From the NCBI GenBank assembly GCA_964016885.1, contig OZ024755.1:62001-126000 (forward strand): a stretch of DNA of 64,000 nucleotides, written 5' to 3'. Source of the stretch: Eledone cirrhosa (Eukaryota). Positions 12,161-23,894 of this stretch are shown piece after piece. The notes below the pieces were generated by a model. It was not told where the DNA came from and made no database searches. It saw nothing but the letters and a program-made list of their open reading frames with translations. Numbering within the stretch: position 1 is the stretch's first letter; each line of letters opens with the position of its first letter. Both the position numbers and the translations under genes were made by a program.

Positions 12161-14198
12161 CTAATAATTTCTACTATAGGCACAAGGCCAACAATTTAGT
12201 GGGAGGGAAAGTTAATTAAATTGACACCAGTGCCAATAATAAAATAAAAACAATAAGAAAGAAAAATGAAGACGACAATGTTATGATTTTGTCAAGTGTC
12301 ATTGGAGTCTTAGGAACTGAGACAAAGAATTTGAAAGTAAACCTAGGAAATCTTTGCCTTTAATCTGGAAGTGGATGCAGAGCAAAAAGGTTTAATTGGA
12401 TCAGCATGGAAAGAACTGTTAAGAGAAAGGATAAGAATGATTCTCATTGTTAACCATGAGATATGGTCCAACAGGAAGACTACTTATACTGGCGTCAACA
12501 TCAAAACCATGTAATAATAATGGTTTCCGATTTAGGCATAAGACCAGCAGTTTTGGGTGGAGGGGAAAATCGATTAAATTGACCCCAGTGTGTTACTGAT
12601 GCTTTATTTTATTGACCCCGTAAGGATGAAAGGCAAAGCTAACCTTGGTGGGATTTGAAGTCAGAAAGTAAAGGGATGTAACCATATGCTACAAAGCATT
12701 TTGTCTGATGCTATACTGATAATAATAAGACTTTGGGGACAATAAATGATTGTCTCTTATGGAGGTGAGGAGGTTTTTAGTGTTAAGTATTTTGATATGA
12801 ACCTGTCCTAAACTGGTTTTATGAAAGAAAACCACCCATTTTAAAGAGTCCTTATTTAAATCTTATGACATAATTTTATATAAGAAACATATGTTAGATT
12901 ACAAATGTCACTGAATTCAATTTTGCCTTTCATCCTTTCAAGGTTGATAAATAAAATACTTGTTGAGGGTTTAGCAGAACAGTTAGAGCATTGACCTTGT
13001 AGTATCTGTTCGGAGTTCAATGAATTACTCCTGTCACTGGAGACATGATGGCATGATAGGACTAAAGACCCTATCATTAAAACAGCCAAGAAGCCTTTTA
13101 TGAGATGTAGAAAACTGTAATTCTTAACAATAATGATAGGATACAAATAACTAACTTTATCTGGCAAACTTGTAAATTTCAAGAAATTAGATGCCTTCTT
13201 CAATACACAGGTGGCATCAATGCCATGAACATAAGAGATCTCTACCTTTATGGATCTAACAACTTTTTTATTTAGCAAAGATGGTTAATGTAGAAATTCA
13301 AAGAGAAAAGGTGATACTAACAGTGTGTTGAGATCTAAACTTCACTTAGCATGTAGATATTGAGACATACTGTTTAGTGAAAAGCTACTAAAAGTTTTAT
13401 TTTTATAACATTAATCTTTAAAAATCCTCTTGTCAAATTGAGCTCAACCATTCTAGATATTAGAAGTGGTGGTAACCTTTTTTCATGACAAACTACCCAC
13501 AACTACTTTGGGAACGAAAACACCTATTTTAACATGATCTGATTTAGATTAAAATCTCCCAACACAATTTTATATAAGAACCTTTTGTTATGTTAGAAAT
13601 ACCATCTTAATAGTTGAAAACAATTTTAGTAAATCCCTCCAAATTCTTCAGTAATTAATTGAAATACAATGTACTTTATTAGAAATATTGCAATAAAAGG
13701 GTTGATATACATATAGCATGTTAGTATCTATGTGTAAACGATGACTAAACATGAAGATAACTTCATTCCATCCTGTAGTGAACCAACAGTGGTAATCAAT
13801 GGTAGATGGAGTTATCTTCAATCAATCATTGACACAGGAGAGAATATAATGATTATTGGCATAACAGACAAAATGTATTAATATTTATAAGTATAATATT
13901 TCCATCAACTATATTCTCTCATAGTGGATTTTAATGTGACAGTCACCAGTAAAAGCTTTTCATTATAAGCTAACACAAAATAATTTTGTATAGCTCTATT
14001 ATATCTGGAGTTTAATGAGGAATAAGGTTTCCTCTTCATCAAATTGAAAATAAATCTCTTGTATAATTATCACATGGAAAGTAAAATGAAATTCAATTGA
14101 CAAGATGAAATTAAAATTAGTCTATATAGACAGTGACCAATTATATATATTTATTAATTCAAAATATTAATAAATATAGACATTCAACGTAATCAAAA

Positions 14199-14268
14199 TA
14201 TATTTTATTATATATATTTCGAAGGTACTGTGCTGTTTTTTCAGTACGTCCTCATCAGATAAAATATA
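14199..14268 (-). ncRNA. Mirror-copy hammerhead ribozyme motif
   Basis: Same fold on the minus strand, with one mismatch and one wobble in stem II. Confidence 0.75.
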
Positions 14269-14370
14269 TAAATTGATGTATGACATACCCCAACTGTGCT
14301 GATGGTTCAATTCCAGTCTTGGCAGGAATTGAACCATCAGCACAATTGAGGTATGTCATACATCAATTTA

Positions 14371-14440
14371 TATATTTTATCTGATGAGGAGGTACTGAAA
14401 AAACAGCACAGTACCTCCGAAATATATATAATAAAATATA
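14371..14440 (+). ncRNA. Minimal type I hammerhead ribozyme motif
   Basis: tatattttat-CTGATGA-ggaggtactg(loop)cagtacctcc-GAAA-tatata-TA-ataaaatata: 10-bp stem I, 10-bp stem II, palindromic stem III, AUA site. Confidence 0.8.
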
Positions 14441-14671
14441 TTTTGATTACATTGAATCTCTATATTTATTAATATTTTGAATTAATATTAATAACTCCAG
14501 AAAACTCTGTTGAGTACTTCTAATCTATTGTAAAACTATATTCATTGATTAATCAATGAACCTTGTTTAACTTTTGATTATATATATATATATATATATA
14601 CATACATGTATATATATACATGTATATATATATATATATCATCATCATCATATATATATATACACACATAT

Positions 14672-16265
14672 ATCATCATCATCATCATCGTTTAACGCCA
14701 ATATTCCACGCTTGCATGCGTTTGGACGGGAGTTTTCCCACTTTAGGCAAGAGTGGTTGTCTTGCTCGTATAGGACTGTCTGGCGGGTTTTCTACGGCTG
14801 GATGCCCTTCCTAACACCAACCACGTTTACAGTGTGGACTGGGAGGTTTTTACCGTTACCTACACGGCCACATTACAGCGTGGACTGTGTGTTTTTTGTC
14901 GTGACACCTACATGACCTCATTTGTTTCGGACTGGATGTCATGGTACCAACATAACTTTACATTTAAGGGGGTGGTGTGGATGGAGTGGAGGTAGTGGGA
15001 CGGAGGTGTATTTTGTTAGAGGTGCCTACTGACTGTAGGTTTCGCTTTGTACTTAGGCAAGGCGGGTCTTCTGTATAACTGTGTAGCGCCAAAGATCTCG
15101 GTCCAGTGACATTGTCTTGGAGAGGTGAAAGTGTGTGAGGTCGGAATTTATCAAGTCGTCCCAGGTTTTTCTGGGTCTGCCTACTCCGTGGCTACCGTCT
15201 ATTTTTATCGTCCTGCACTTTTTTATACAGCTGTCGTCTTTCATGCGCATCACGTGACCGTACCAACGTAGTCTTCTCTCGAGTAAACAACATCTGATCC
15301 CTCTTATTCCTAATTTCTCCCTTAGTTCGTTTATGGATTGCCGTTCACGTATATTACTATTACACATGCAGCGGAGCATGCAAGCTTCGTTTCTCTCCAG
15401 TCTGCGTATATCCTCTGCACACAATGCCCAGGTCTCACTGCCATGTAACATTGCTGTTCGTATGCAGGCATCATACAGCCTGCCTTTCATCTTTAGAGAG
15501 AACCCTTTAGCGGCCAATAGTGGTATAAGCTCTCTGAACTTTTTCCATCCCGTTCTGACTCTAGCTACTGTACTTTCAGAGCACCCTCCCCCATTGCTGA
15601 TTTTGTCACCCAGGTAACGGAAGCTGTCCACTATTTCTATAGAACCATCTGTGCAATGGAATGGGCTTCTGTGGGCACTTGCTGCTACTTATTGCACCAT
15701 TCATCAACACCTAGTTTTCTAAGAGCCCACCAGATAATGGAGCGGGGGACTCTGTCAAAGGCTTTCTCCAAGTCAACAAAAGCTAAGTATAGGGGTTTAC
15801 TTTTAGCTAGGTACTTCTCCTGTAGTTGTCGTACAATGAAAAGAGCGTCTGTTGTACTTTTACCTGACACAAACCCGAACTACATTTCATCTAGTTCAAT
15901 TCGTTCTCTGATTAGTTGCGCTATTACTTTTTCTGTGACCTTCATGACCTGGTCGATTAATTTAATGCCTCTATAGTTACCCCTATCTAGGGGATCTCCT
16001 TTACCCTTGTAGCAGTTAATGATGATGCTACGCCAGTCCATCGGAACGGCCCCATTCTGTATGACTTGGTTTACTATCTGGGTGACCATAGTGTGTCCCA
16101 CCATTCCAGATGCTTTCAACATTTCAGCAACTATTTCCGAAGGCCCAGCCGCCTTACCCGTCTTCATATCTTTGATTGCCTTACTTATTATACTACCTTC
16201 AACTAGCACTGCTGGTCCCTCTATTGGATCGATGTGGGGGAGACTGTCTTTCTCCCATTTATTCT

Positions 16266-16266
<1 letters not shown>
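14672..16266 (-). mobile_element. RTE-clade LINE, 5'-truncated and internally deleted
   Basis: RT fragments (KGKGD...NYRGIKL, LYLAFVDLEKAFDRVP, RRLRWYGHVMRM, GRPRKTW), 3' UTR and (GAT)n tail. Confidence 0.93.
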
Positions 16267-16306
<40 letters not shown>

Positions 16307-16335
16307 ACATGTATGTATTTATATGTATATATGTA

Positions 16336-16367
<32 letters not shown>

Positions 16368-16404
16368 CACACACAAACACATATAGATATATACACACAT
16401 ATAA

Positions 16405-16721
16405 CATCATCATTTCATTTTACGTCCGCTTTTTCCCTGCTTGCAAGGGTGGGACGGGAACTGATTTTGGCTTGATTTCTACAGCTGGATGCCCTTCCTA
16501 ACACCAACTTCAATTACAGTGAGTGCTGGGTGCTTTTTTTTCGTGGCACCTCAACGACCACTTTGCAGTGGAATGCATCTCATTTCTACAGCTGAGTAAA
16601 CTGGAGCAATGTGAAATAAAGTGTCTTGCTCAAGGAAACAACACATCACCTGGTCTGAGAATTGAACTCACAACCTTTCGATTGCAAGGCCAATGCTCTA
16701 ACCACTAAGCCATGTGCCTCC
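16405..16721 (-). mobile_element. tRNA-derived SINE family 1 with RTE-type tail
   Basis: A box TGGCTTAGTGG, B box GTTCAATTC, CORE-like ccttgagcaagacactt segment, LINE-like 3' end. Confidence 0.88.
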
Positions 16722-16738
16722 ATGTATATATATATGTA

Positions 16739-16794
<56 letters not shown>

Positions 16795-16817
16795 CATGTA
16801 ATATATATGTATATATT

Positions 16818-19446
16818 CATCATCATCATCACCGTTTTAGATCTGTTCTTCCACGCTAGCATGGGTTAGATGGGTTGTCCTGTTGTGGGCAGTGTTTGGT
16901 CGGCTGACCATGCCTTGCTCATAAAGGAACTGATTTGGCTTGATTTCTACAGCTGGATGCCCTTCCTAACACCAACCTCATTTACAGTGAGTGCTGGGTG
17001 CTTTTTCGTAGCGCCTACACGTCCACTTTACAGTGTGGGCTGGGTGCTTTTTTGCTGTGGCACCTACACGACCACCTTGCAGTGGGAGGGTGTGGGGGTA
17101 TATTGTCTATATGCTTCAGCTTTTACCATGGGAGGTCGGGTATTCTGTATTACTGCGTGACGCCAGAGGTCATGGTCGTGCGTCATCGCTTTTGAGAGGT
17201 GTAATTGGGTAAGGTCGGCTTTTATCACCTCATCCCAGGTCTTCTTGGGTTTCCCCACTCCGCGGTTTCAATTGACTTCTAGTGCTCTGCACCTTTTTAT
17301 GCAGCTGTCATCCTTCATACGCATCACATGTCCATACCAACGCAACCGCCTCTCCTGCACACAGCATTTGATTCCTCTTATGCTCAGTCTCTCTCTCAAT
17401 TCATGTATGCTTTGTCGTTCACGTATATTACTATTACACATCTATCGGAGCATGCAGGCTTCGTTTCTCTCTAATCTACGTAAGTCTTCCACCTTCAGCG
17501 CCCAGGTCTCACTACCATGTAACATTGTTGTTCGGATACACGCATCATACAGTCTGCCTTTCATTTTGAGGCAGAAGCCTTTTGCAGCTAGCAGTGGCAG
17601 TAGTTCCCTGAACTTCTTCCATCCCGTTCTTACCCTAGTTATTGTACTTTCTGAACACCCACCTCTGCTGCTAATTCGGTCACCTAGGTAGCAGAAGCTG
17701 TCTACTGTCTCTACAGAACCCTCCCAGAGATTGGTGGTACTTGTTTCCTGTGGCTGTTTGCTGTCTCATCACAGCTGCTGCATGTGAAGCCTACATTCTT
17801 AATTAAGCTTCCTGAGATCCCGCTACATCTCTTGTGTACCCATTGTTTGCATTTGGGGCAGAGAATGGAGTTCCTACCTACACCTTTCCTACATACTGAG
17901 CAAGGCCATTTCCCTGAGGGGATCTGGGTTCTGTTTTCTCGTCTACTTACATGGACCTTAGTCTTTGTCATGTTGACTTTGAGACCCTTTCTTTCTAGTC
18001 CCTGCTTCCAAGTTTGGAATTTCTTCTCTAGTTCTACCATAGATTCAGCTATAAGTGCAATGTCATTAGCATACAGGAGTTCCAATGGGTATCCGGTCTT
18101 AAGCTCCTCCGTTATTGTCTGCAGGACTATGATGAACAGGAGAGGGCTAAGAACAGAGGCCTGGTGGACACCAACCTGTACACTAAATTCCTCGCTATAC
18201 TCATTGCTAATCCTAACTTTGCTGACTGCTCCCCTATACATTGCTTGTACAGCTTTCACAAGCTATTCATCTACTCCTAGTTTTCTAAGGGCCCACCAGA
18301 TTACAGCACGTGGAACTCTGTCAAAGGCTTTCTCGAGATCGACAAATGCCAGGTAGAGTGGCTTACTTTTAGCTAGGTACTTTTCCTGTAACTGCCTCAC
18401 AAGGAAGAGGGCATCAGTGGTGCCTCTTCCTGGTACAAACCCAAATTGCATCTCATCTAGTTTCACCCGGTCCCTAATCAACTGTGCTATAACTCTTTTT
18501 GTTACTTTCATGACCTGGTCCATCAGCTTTATACCTCTATAGTTTCCTCTATCGAGTGCATCACCTTTACTTTTGTAGCAGTTGACAATGATGCTACTGC
18601 ACCAATCTTTTGGTATGACACCTTCTAATATTACCTGGTTAACAATACGTGTGGTTATAGTGTGACCTACAGACCCAGGTGCCTTCAGCATCTCGGCAGC
18701 TATACCCGATGGACCGGTTGCCTTCCCCATCTTCATATCTTTGATTGCCTTACTTACTATGCTGCTGCTGACTTGTACTGCTGGCCCCTCTATAGGTTCT
18801 ACTTGGGGTAGGGTCTCTTCTTCCCATGCATTCTCCTCATTTAGTAATCTATCAATGGCTCTTCCATGCATCTTTCTTCTTAGCACTTGTGAGAGCAAGC
18901 TCACCTTTATCATTCCGGATACACTTCTCTCCAATGACATCACAATTCTCTCTGACACAGACTCACCATCTTGAACACCTCCTGTTCCTGGTCCTCACGT
19001 TGCAAAACATGCTTGAATTTTCTATTCTCTGCTTCCCTCCTAGCTAAGTATACTTGTCGCCTAGCTTCCCTCTTGGTCTCTATGTAATGTACCCTGCTCC
19101 CCCCGTTCTTCCATTCTTTCCATGCCTGTCTCTTGGCCTTAACTACCTCATCTACCTTATTGTTCCACCACCAAGTCACTCTCCTCCTGCTTGTGGTCTT
19201 ACTCCAGCCACAGACCTCATCCATCGCCTCTAGTAAGTTACTTTTTAGGAACTCCCAGTGCTCTTCTACATTGAACGTCTCTATCTGTTCTTCTCTACTG
19301 TCGTAGGCGTTGAGTAAAATATCTTTAAATCTGTTACTGGCTGAGGGGTCTTTCAGCTTCCAGATCTTTCTTCTCCAGCTTGGCCTGTTCTGACCGTTCT
19401 AAGCTATGTTGGGAGGTACATTCCTCACTAGGGAAGGCTTTTGCGT
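16818..19446 (-). mobile_element. RTE-clade LINE, 5'-truncated (2.6 kb) with frameshifts and stops
   Basis: ORF pieces 18940-19224 (TWWWN), 18263-18958, 17711-18259 (ELLYAND; Cys/His finger), 17064-17258; 3' UTR and (GAT)n tail. Confidence 0.95.
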
Positions 19447-19550
19447 TTATATTACATGTATATATATATATATATATGTGTGTATATATATATATACATG
19501 TATATATACATACATGTAATATATATGTATATATATATACACATATATGT

Positions 19551-19921
19551 GGAGGCACATGGCTTAGTGGTTAGAGCATTGGCTTTGCAATCGAAAGGTT
19601 GTGAGTTCAATTCTCATACCAGGTGATGTGTTGTTTCCTTGAGCAAGACACTTTATTTCACATTGCTCCACTTTACTCAGCTGTAGAAATGAGATGATAG
19701 GGACTGGGGTCCATATCATTCCACTGTAGAGTGGTCGTGGAGGTGCCACGGCAAAAAAGCACCCAGCCCACACTGTAAAGTGGACGTGTAGGCGCCACGG
19801 AAAAAAAGCACCCAGGACTCACTGTAAATAAGGTTGGTGTTAGGAAGGGCATCCAGCTAGAATCAGTTCCCGTCCCACCCTTGCAAGCAGGGAAAAGCGA
19901 ATGTAAAATGATGATGATGAT
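19551..19921 (+). mobile_element. tRNA-derived SINE family 1
   Basis: Full head-core-tail structure ending in (ATG)n. Confidence 0.9.
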
Positions 19922-20210
19922 ACATATATGTACATACATGAATATATATATATGTATGTATGTATACATATATATATATACATGCATATATATGTATGTC
20001 TATATATATATATATATACATGTATATATATATGTATCATCATCATCATTTTACGTCCGCTTTTTCCTGCTTGCAAGGGTGTATATATATATATATGTAT
20101 ATATGTATATATATATGTATATATATATGTATATATATATACATATGTATATATATACATGTATATATATATATATGTATATATACACACACACATATAT
20201 ATATATATAT

Positions 20211-20693
20211 CAGTAGGCATCTCTATCAAAACACACCCCCGTCCCACCACCTCCACCCCACCCACACCGCCCCTTTCAATGTAAAGTTATGTTGGTCCCA
20301 CAACATCCAGGCCGAAACAAATGAGATCGTGTAGGTGTCACGACAAAAAACACACAGTCCACGCTGTAAATGTGGCCGTGTAGGCAACACGGTAAAAACC
20401 TCCCAGCCCCACACTGTAAATGTGGTTGGTGTTAGGAAGGGCATCCAGCTGTAGAAAACCCGCCAGACAGTCCACGCTGTAATGTGGCCGTGTAGGCAAC
20501 ACGGTAAAAACCTCCCAGCCCCACACTGTAAATGTGGTTGGTGTTAGGAAGGGCATCCAACTGTAGAAAACCCGCCAGACAGTCCTATGCGAGCAAGACA
20601 ACCACTCTTGCCTCAAGTGGGAAAACCCCCGTCCAAACCCATGCAAGCGTGGAACACGGACGCTAAACCTGATGATGATGATGATGATGATGA
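20211..20693 (+). mobile_element. RTE LINE 3' UTR fragment with an internal ~110-bp tandem duplication
   Basis: Reverse complement of 14690-15030; duplicated unit at about 20354-20466 and 20467-20578; (GAT)n tail. Confidence 0.88.
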
Positions 20694-20738
<45 letters not shown>

Positions 20739-21970
20739 GTACATGTGTCTTCCGTGTTTAAAATATTTTTTTTTAATCAACAAACTTAATTTTAAGATAA
20801 TTTTCTAAGTAATTTTGAAAGGCGAATCACAAAAAGAAAATGAATCACCTAATTATAGGATTGAAGAAAACAGAAAAGTGTCCATTTGAAATAAAAAATT
20901 TAAACGACAGATTATACACGACAACATTGATGGAAATACTAAAGTGAAGTAGTTAATATCTGTGCTATACAGACAGGTAACTTGTGTGAATATATATATG
21001 TGTGTGTGCGTGTATGTATATATATATATATATATAGGTGTATAGACAGACAATGTAATATATGTGCTATGTAAATAGTCAGTGAGGACAGAACTATATA
21101 TATATTTAATAAATATGAATAATGTATTAATATAGAATTCAGACAAAATAGTATAAATGAATCAACAACATAAATGCAACAAACAAAAAGGTTTGTATAA
21201 ATGGCGGTTTTTCTAAACAAAACAAATTCCTAGAATTTGTAAATCAATTAGCTGAAAACCTGCACTGGAAATTTAGCAAGTAAAAAAAAAATATAGATTA
21301 ACTTCTATTCCTAATACAGCAGACTGTGTTCAATAGATATATTTACTAATATGTTAATTTGAAATTCATTGAATATCTAATTATAAAGAAGTTAATGCCA
21401 CTAAGAAATAGTAATACACAAACTGAAAATATATTCAGAATAAGCTGATAAATAGAGTAGTTAACATATAAAGAAAACTTATACAATTTTCTTTTCCTAG
21501 CTTTATTCAATCTTCTGGACTAGCCTTAGTCACTAACCATGATCAAATAAAAGATCCTTGATACTGATCATGTTTGAGAAATATTATTTACACTTTCACT
21601 TTTCAAGGTTATGTTTCAACCAATAATAAGAAAAGCTTATTTCTCTTTTAATTAACAAATTCTCTATGGTTACTGAATGTTTTAAGTAGTAATAAATAAG
21701 TAAAATAAAAAATATTAATTATTGTGAATCTGTTCAAAGATCGTACAGAAAGATAATCCCAAATGTGGATATTACAAGATAGAATATAGTAAATGGTATG
21801 ACATTGGAAGATTGTGTTGGGATCTTCTTTGGCCTTTTAGAAGTATACTTTCTTCAATCAACTAGATTACAGATATACTTCTCGATCCCTGAAAGATGAA
21901 AGGCAAAGTCTACCCTGACAAGATTTAAATTCAGAATGTAGGGAACTAAATATCACAAGGTATTTTGTTG

Positions 21971-22007
<37 letters not shown>

Positions 22008-22148
22008 TTCGCCTGAAGAAGGGCTTATGCCCGAAACGTCGTTCCCCACCACCACCCCACTCTCAAGAGCGTGAAACTAATAAACCTTTTTTCACTATAT
22101 ATAAACTAATAAACCATTTTCACTATATATAAACTAATAAACCATTTT

Positions 22149-22190
<42 letters not shown>

Positions 22191-22514
22191 TATAAATATA
22201 TATATATATATAAAGGTTTACATATATATATATATATAAAGTCATAGATATATATGTGTTTTGCAACGGGTCACTTTGTGGCTCAATGAAGAATTAATAA
22301 ATTAAATAATCAGAGCTATATATCATAAAACATGTCTATAGAATCACCAGATAAAATATATACCGTTTCCTCTCCCTTTATTCTTATAGCTTGATCTAAT
22401 TGATTTTTTATATGGTTAATTATGCTAATTGGGAGAGGAAACGGTATATATTTTATCTGGTGATTCTATAGACATGTTTTATTATATATATATATATATA
22501 TTTATATATGTATG

Positions 22515-22782
22515 GGAGCCTCCCAAAAGTCAGCTCAAAAGTGACACAGAGGAGACTGAGGTTAGCTGGACATGCTCACCGGCATTCAGAGTTGACATTG
22601 CACTCAGTGCTCCTGTGGGAGCCCCTACATGGACACACTGGAAGAGGAAGACCGAGGTTAACATGTTGATGCCCTAAGGACAGACACTGGTCTGTTGGAG
22701 ACGCAGGACATGGCAGCGATAATGAGGGCAGAGATCGCTGGAGAGAACTCGTCCATGGATCTCGGGAATTTTACCCGCCATA
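22515..22782 (+). mobile_element. Decayed C-terminal fragment of a second RTE-type LINE
   Basis: Translates, with frameshifts, to QRRLRLAGHAHRH...VLLWEP...GRP...DALRTDTG...RDRWRE. Confidence 0.75.
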
Positions 22783-22949
22783 GAATATATAATTCGTTTT
22801 TGTATTTGTTTTGCAAGATGTTTATCTGAAAATGTGTGCTGAAACATATTATTATTGTTATACATTGGGAGTGCCATGTTGCTAATAAAAACACACATGC
22901 ACAGGTGCGTGTGTTTTTTATTGACCTTATGATCCTCCCAATGTGTGTA

Positions 22950-22998
<49 letters not shown>

Positions 22999-23297
22999 AG
23001 GATAAAAAGGACGATTGATTATTCCTTCATTGCATTTATTGATAGGTGACGCGCGTTTCGCCACTGATCAGCTCAAGGTTCGATCTATATCGATCCTACC
23101 CGACTCAATAATCGGCAGCTCGACGGACCCTCTTAAAATGCTATAAGAAAATGAAATACATGCTATGTGGTAAAGTCAGAGCTTCAGGGTTTGACAAAAT
23201 GAGATGTTTTGATTGGTGAGAAGGATCAAGGCGATGTAGTGGTAGGCCCTCCAATGGATCCTTCTGATGAAATTGTTTGTCTGCTTTAGTAATAGGT

Positions 23298-23335
<38 letters not shown>

Positions 23336-23343
<8 letters not shown>

Positions 23344-23485
23344 ATACTTTGGGAGGGTCATGTTGCCAATAAGAAACACACGCACCAGTTGCTTTCACTT
23401 CAATTTATTATAATAAATTGAAGTGAAAGCAACTGGTGCGTGTGTTTCTTATTGGCAACATGACCCTCCCAAAGTATAACAATAT
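23336..23485. repeat. Perfect 150-bp spacerless palindrome
   Basis: Centre caatttatta|taataaattg at 23410/23411; arms fully complementary; same family at about 22790-22945 and 33600-33735. Confidence 0.93.
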
Positions 23486-23894
23486 CGTTTTCAACACACG
23501 TTTTCAGATAAAGAATCTTGCTAAACAAATTCAGAAACGAAATATATATATATATATATTACATTGCTTTTATGTTGTTGATAATGTTGACTTCTTATAT
23601 AACCCCAATGCATGAAGAAGAAAAATAGGGTGTTGTGATGTTCATGCTTCTCCAAAGACATTAATGATAGGAATGAAGTGGAATGGCTTTCATCTGCAAT
23701 GGAAATTGCATCACGGTCTTAGATGATCAGGAGCTTATTGATGCATAAGGGAATTTCTAGATAAAAGAGTGTACCAATGCACTAGAAAGATTTACCAATA
23801 CACTGTGACAATGATCAAACTTTTTCATCATACGAAGCCAAATATTACTAAGATACTTATAAAGAACCCTAAACTTGATAATAAAATATATATA

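Larger units (their letters stand above)
14152..14487. repeat. 336-bp foldback palindrome (163-bp arms, 10-nt loop), Penelope-like remnant
   Basis: Arms 14152-14314 and 14325-14487 are near-perfect reverse complements. Confidence 0.93.

Noticed and set aside
19551-19625. tRNA-like sequence with A and B boxes
   Set aside because: Head of a multicopy SINE, not a tRNA gene
22075-22158. Short direct repeats (also 3255-3302 and 44753-44825) as CRISPR-like arrays
   Set aside because: Spacerless tandem duplications in eukaryotic DNA
23769-23894. N-terminal part of the 453-aa ORF
   Set aside because: Flanking intron sequence fortuitously in frame with a 5'-truncated LINE; no endonuclease domain, so not an autonomous element
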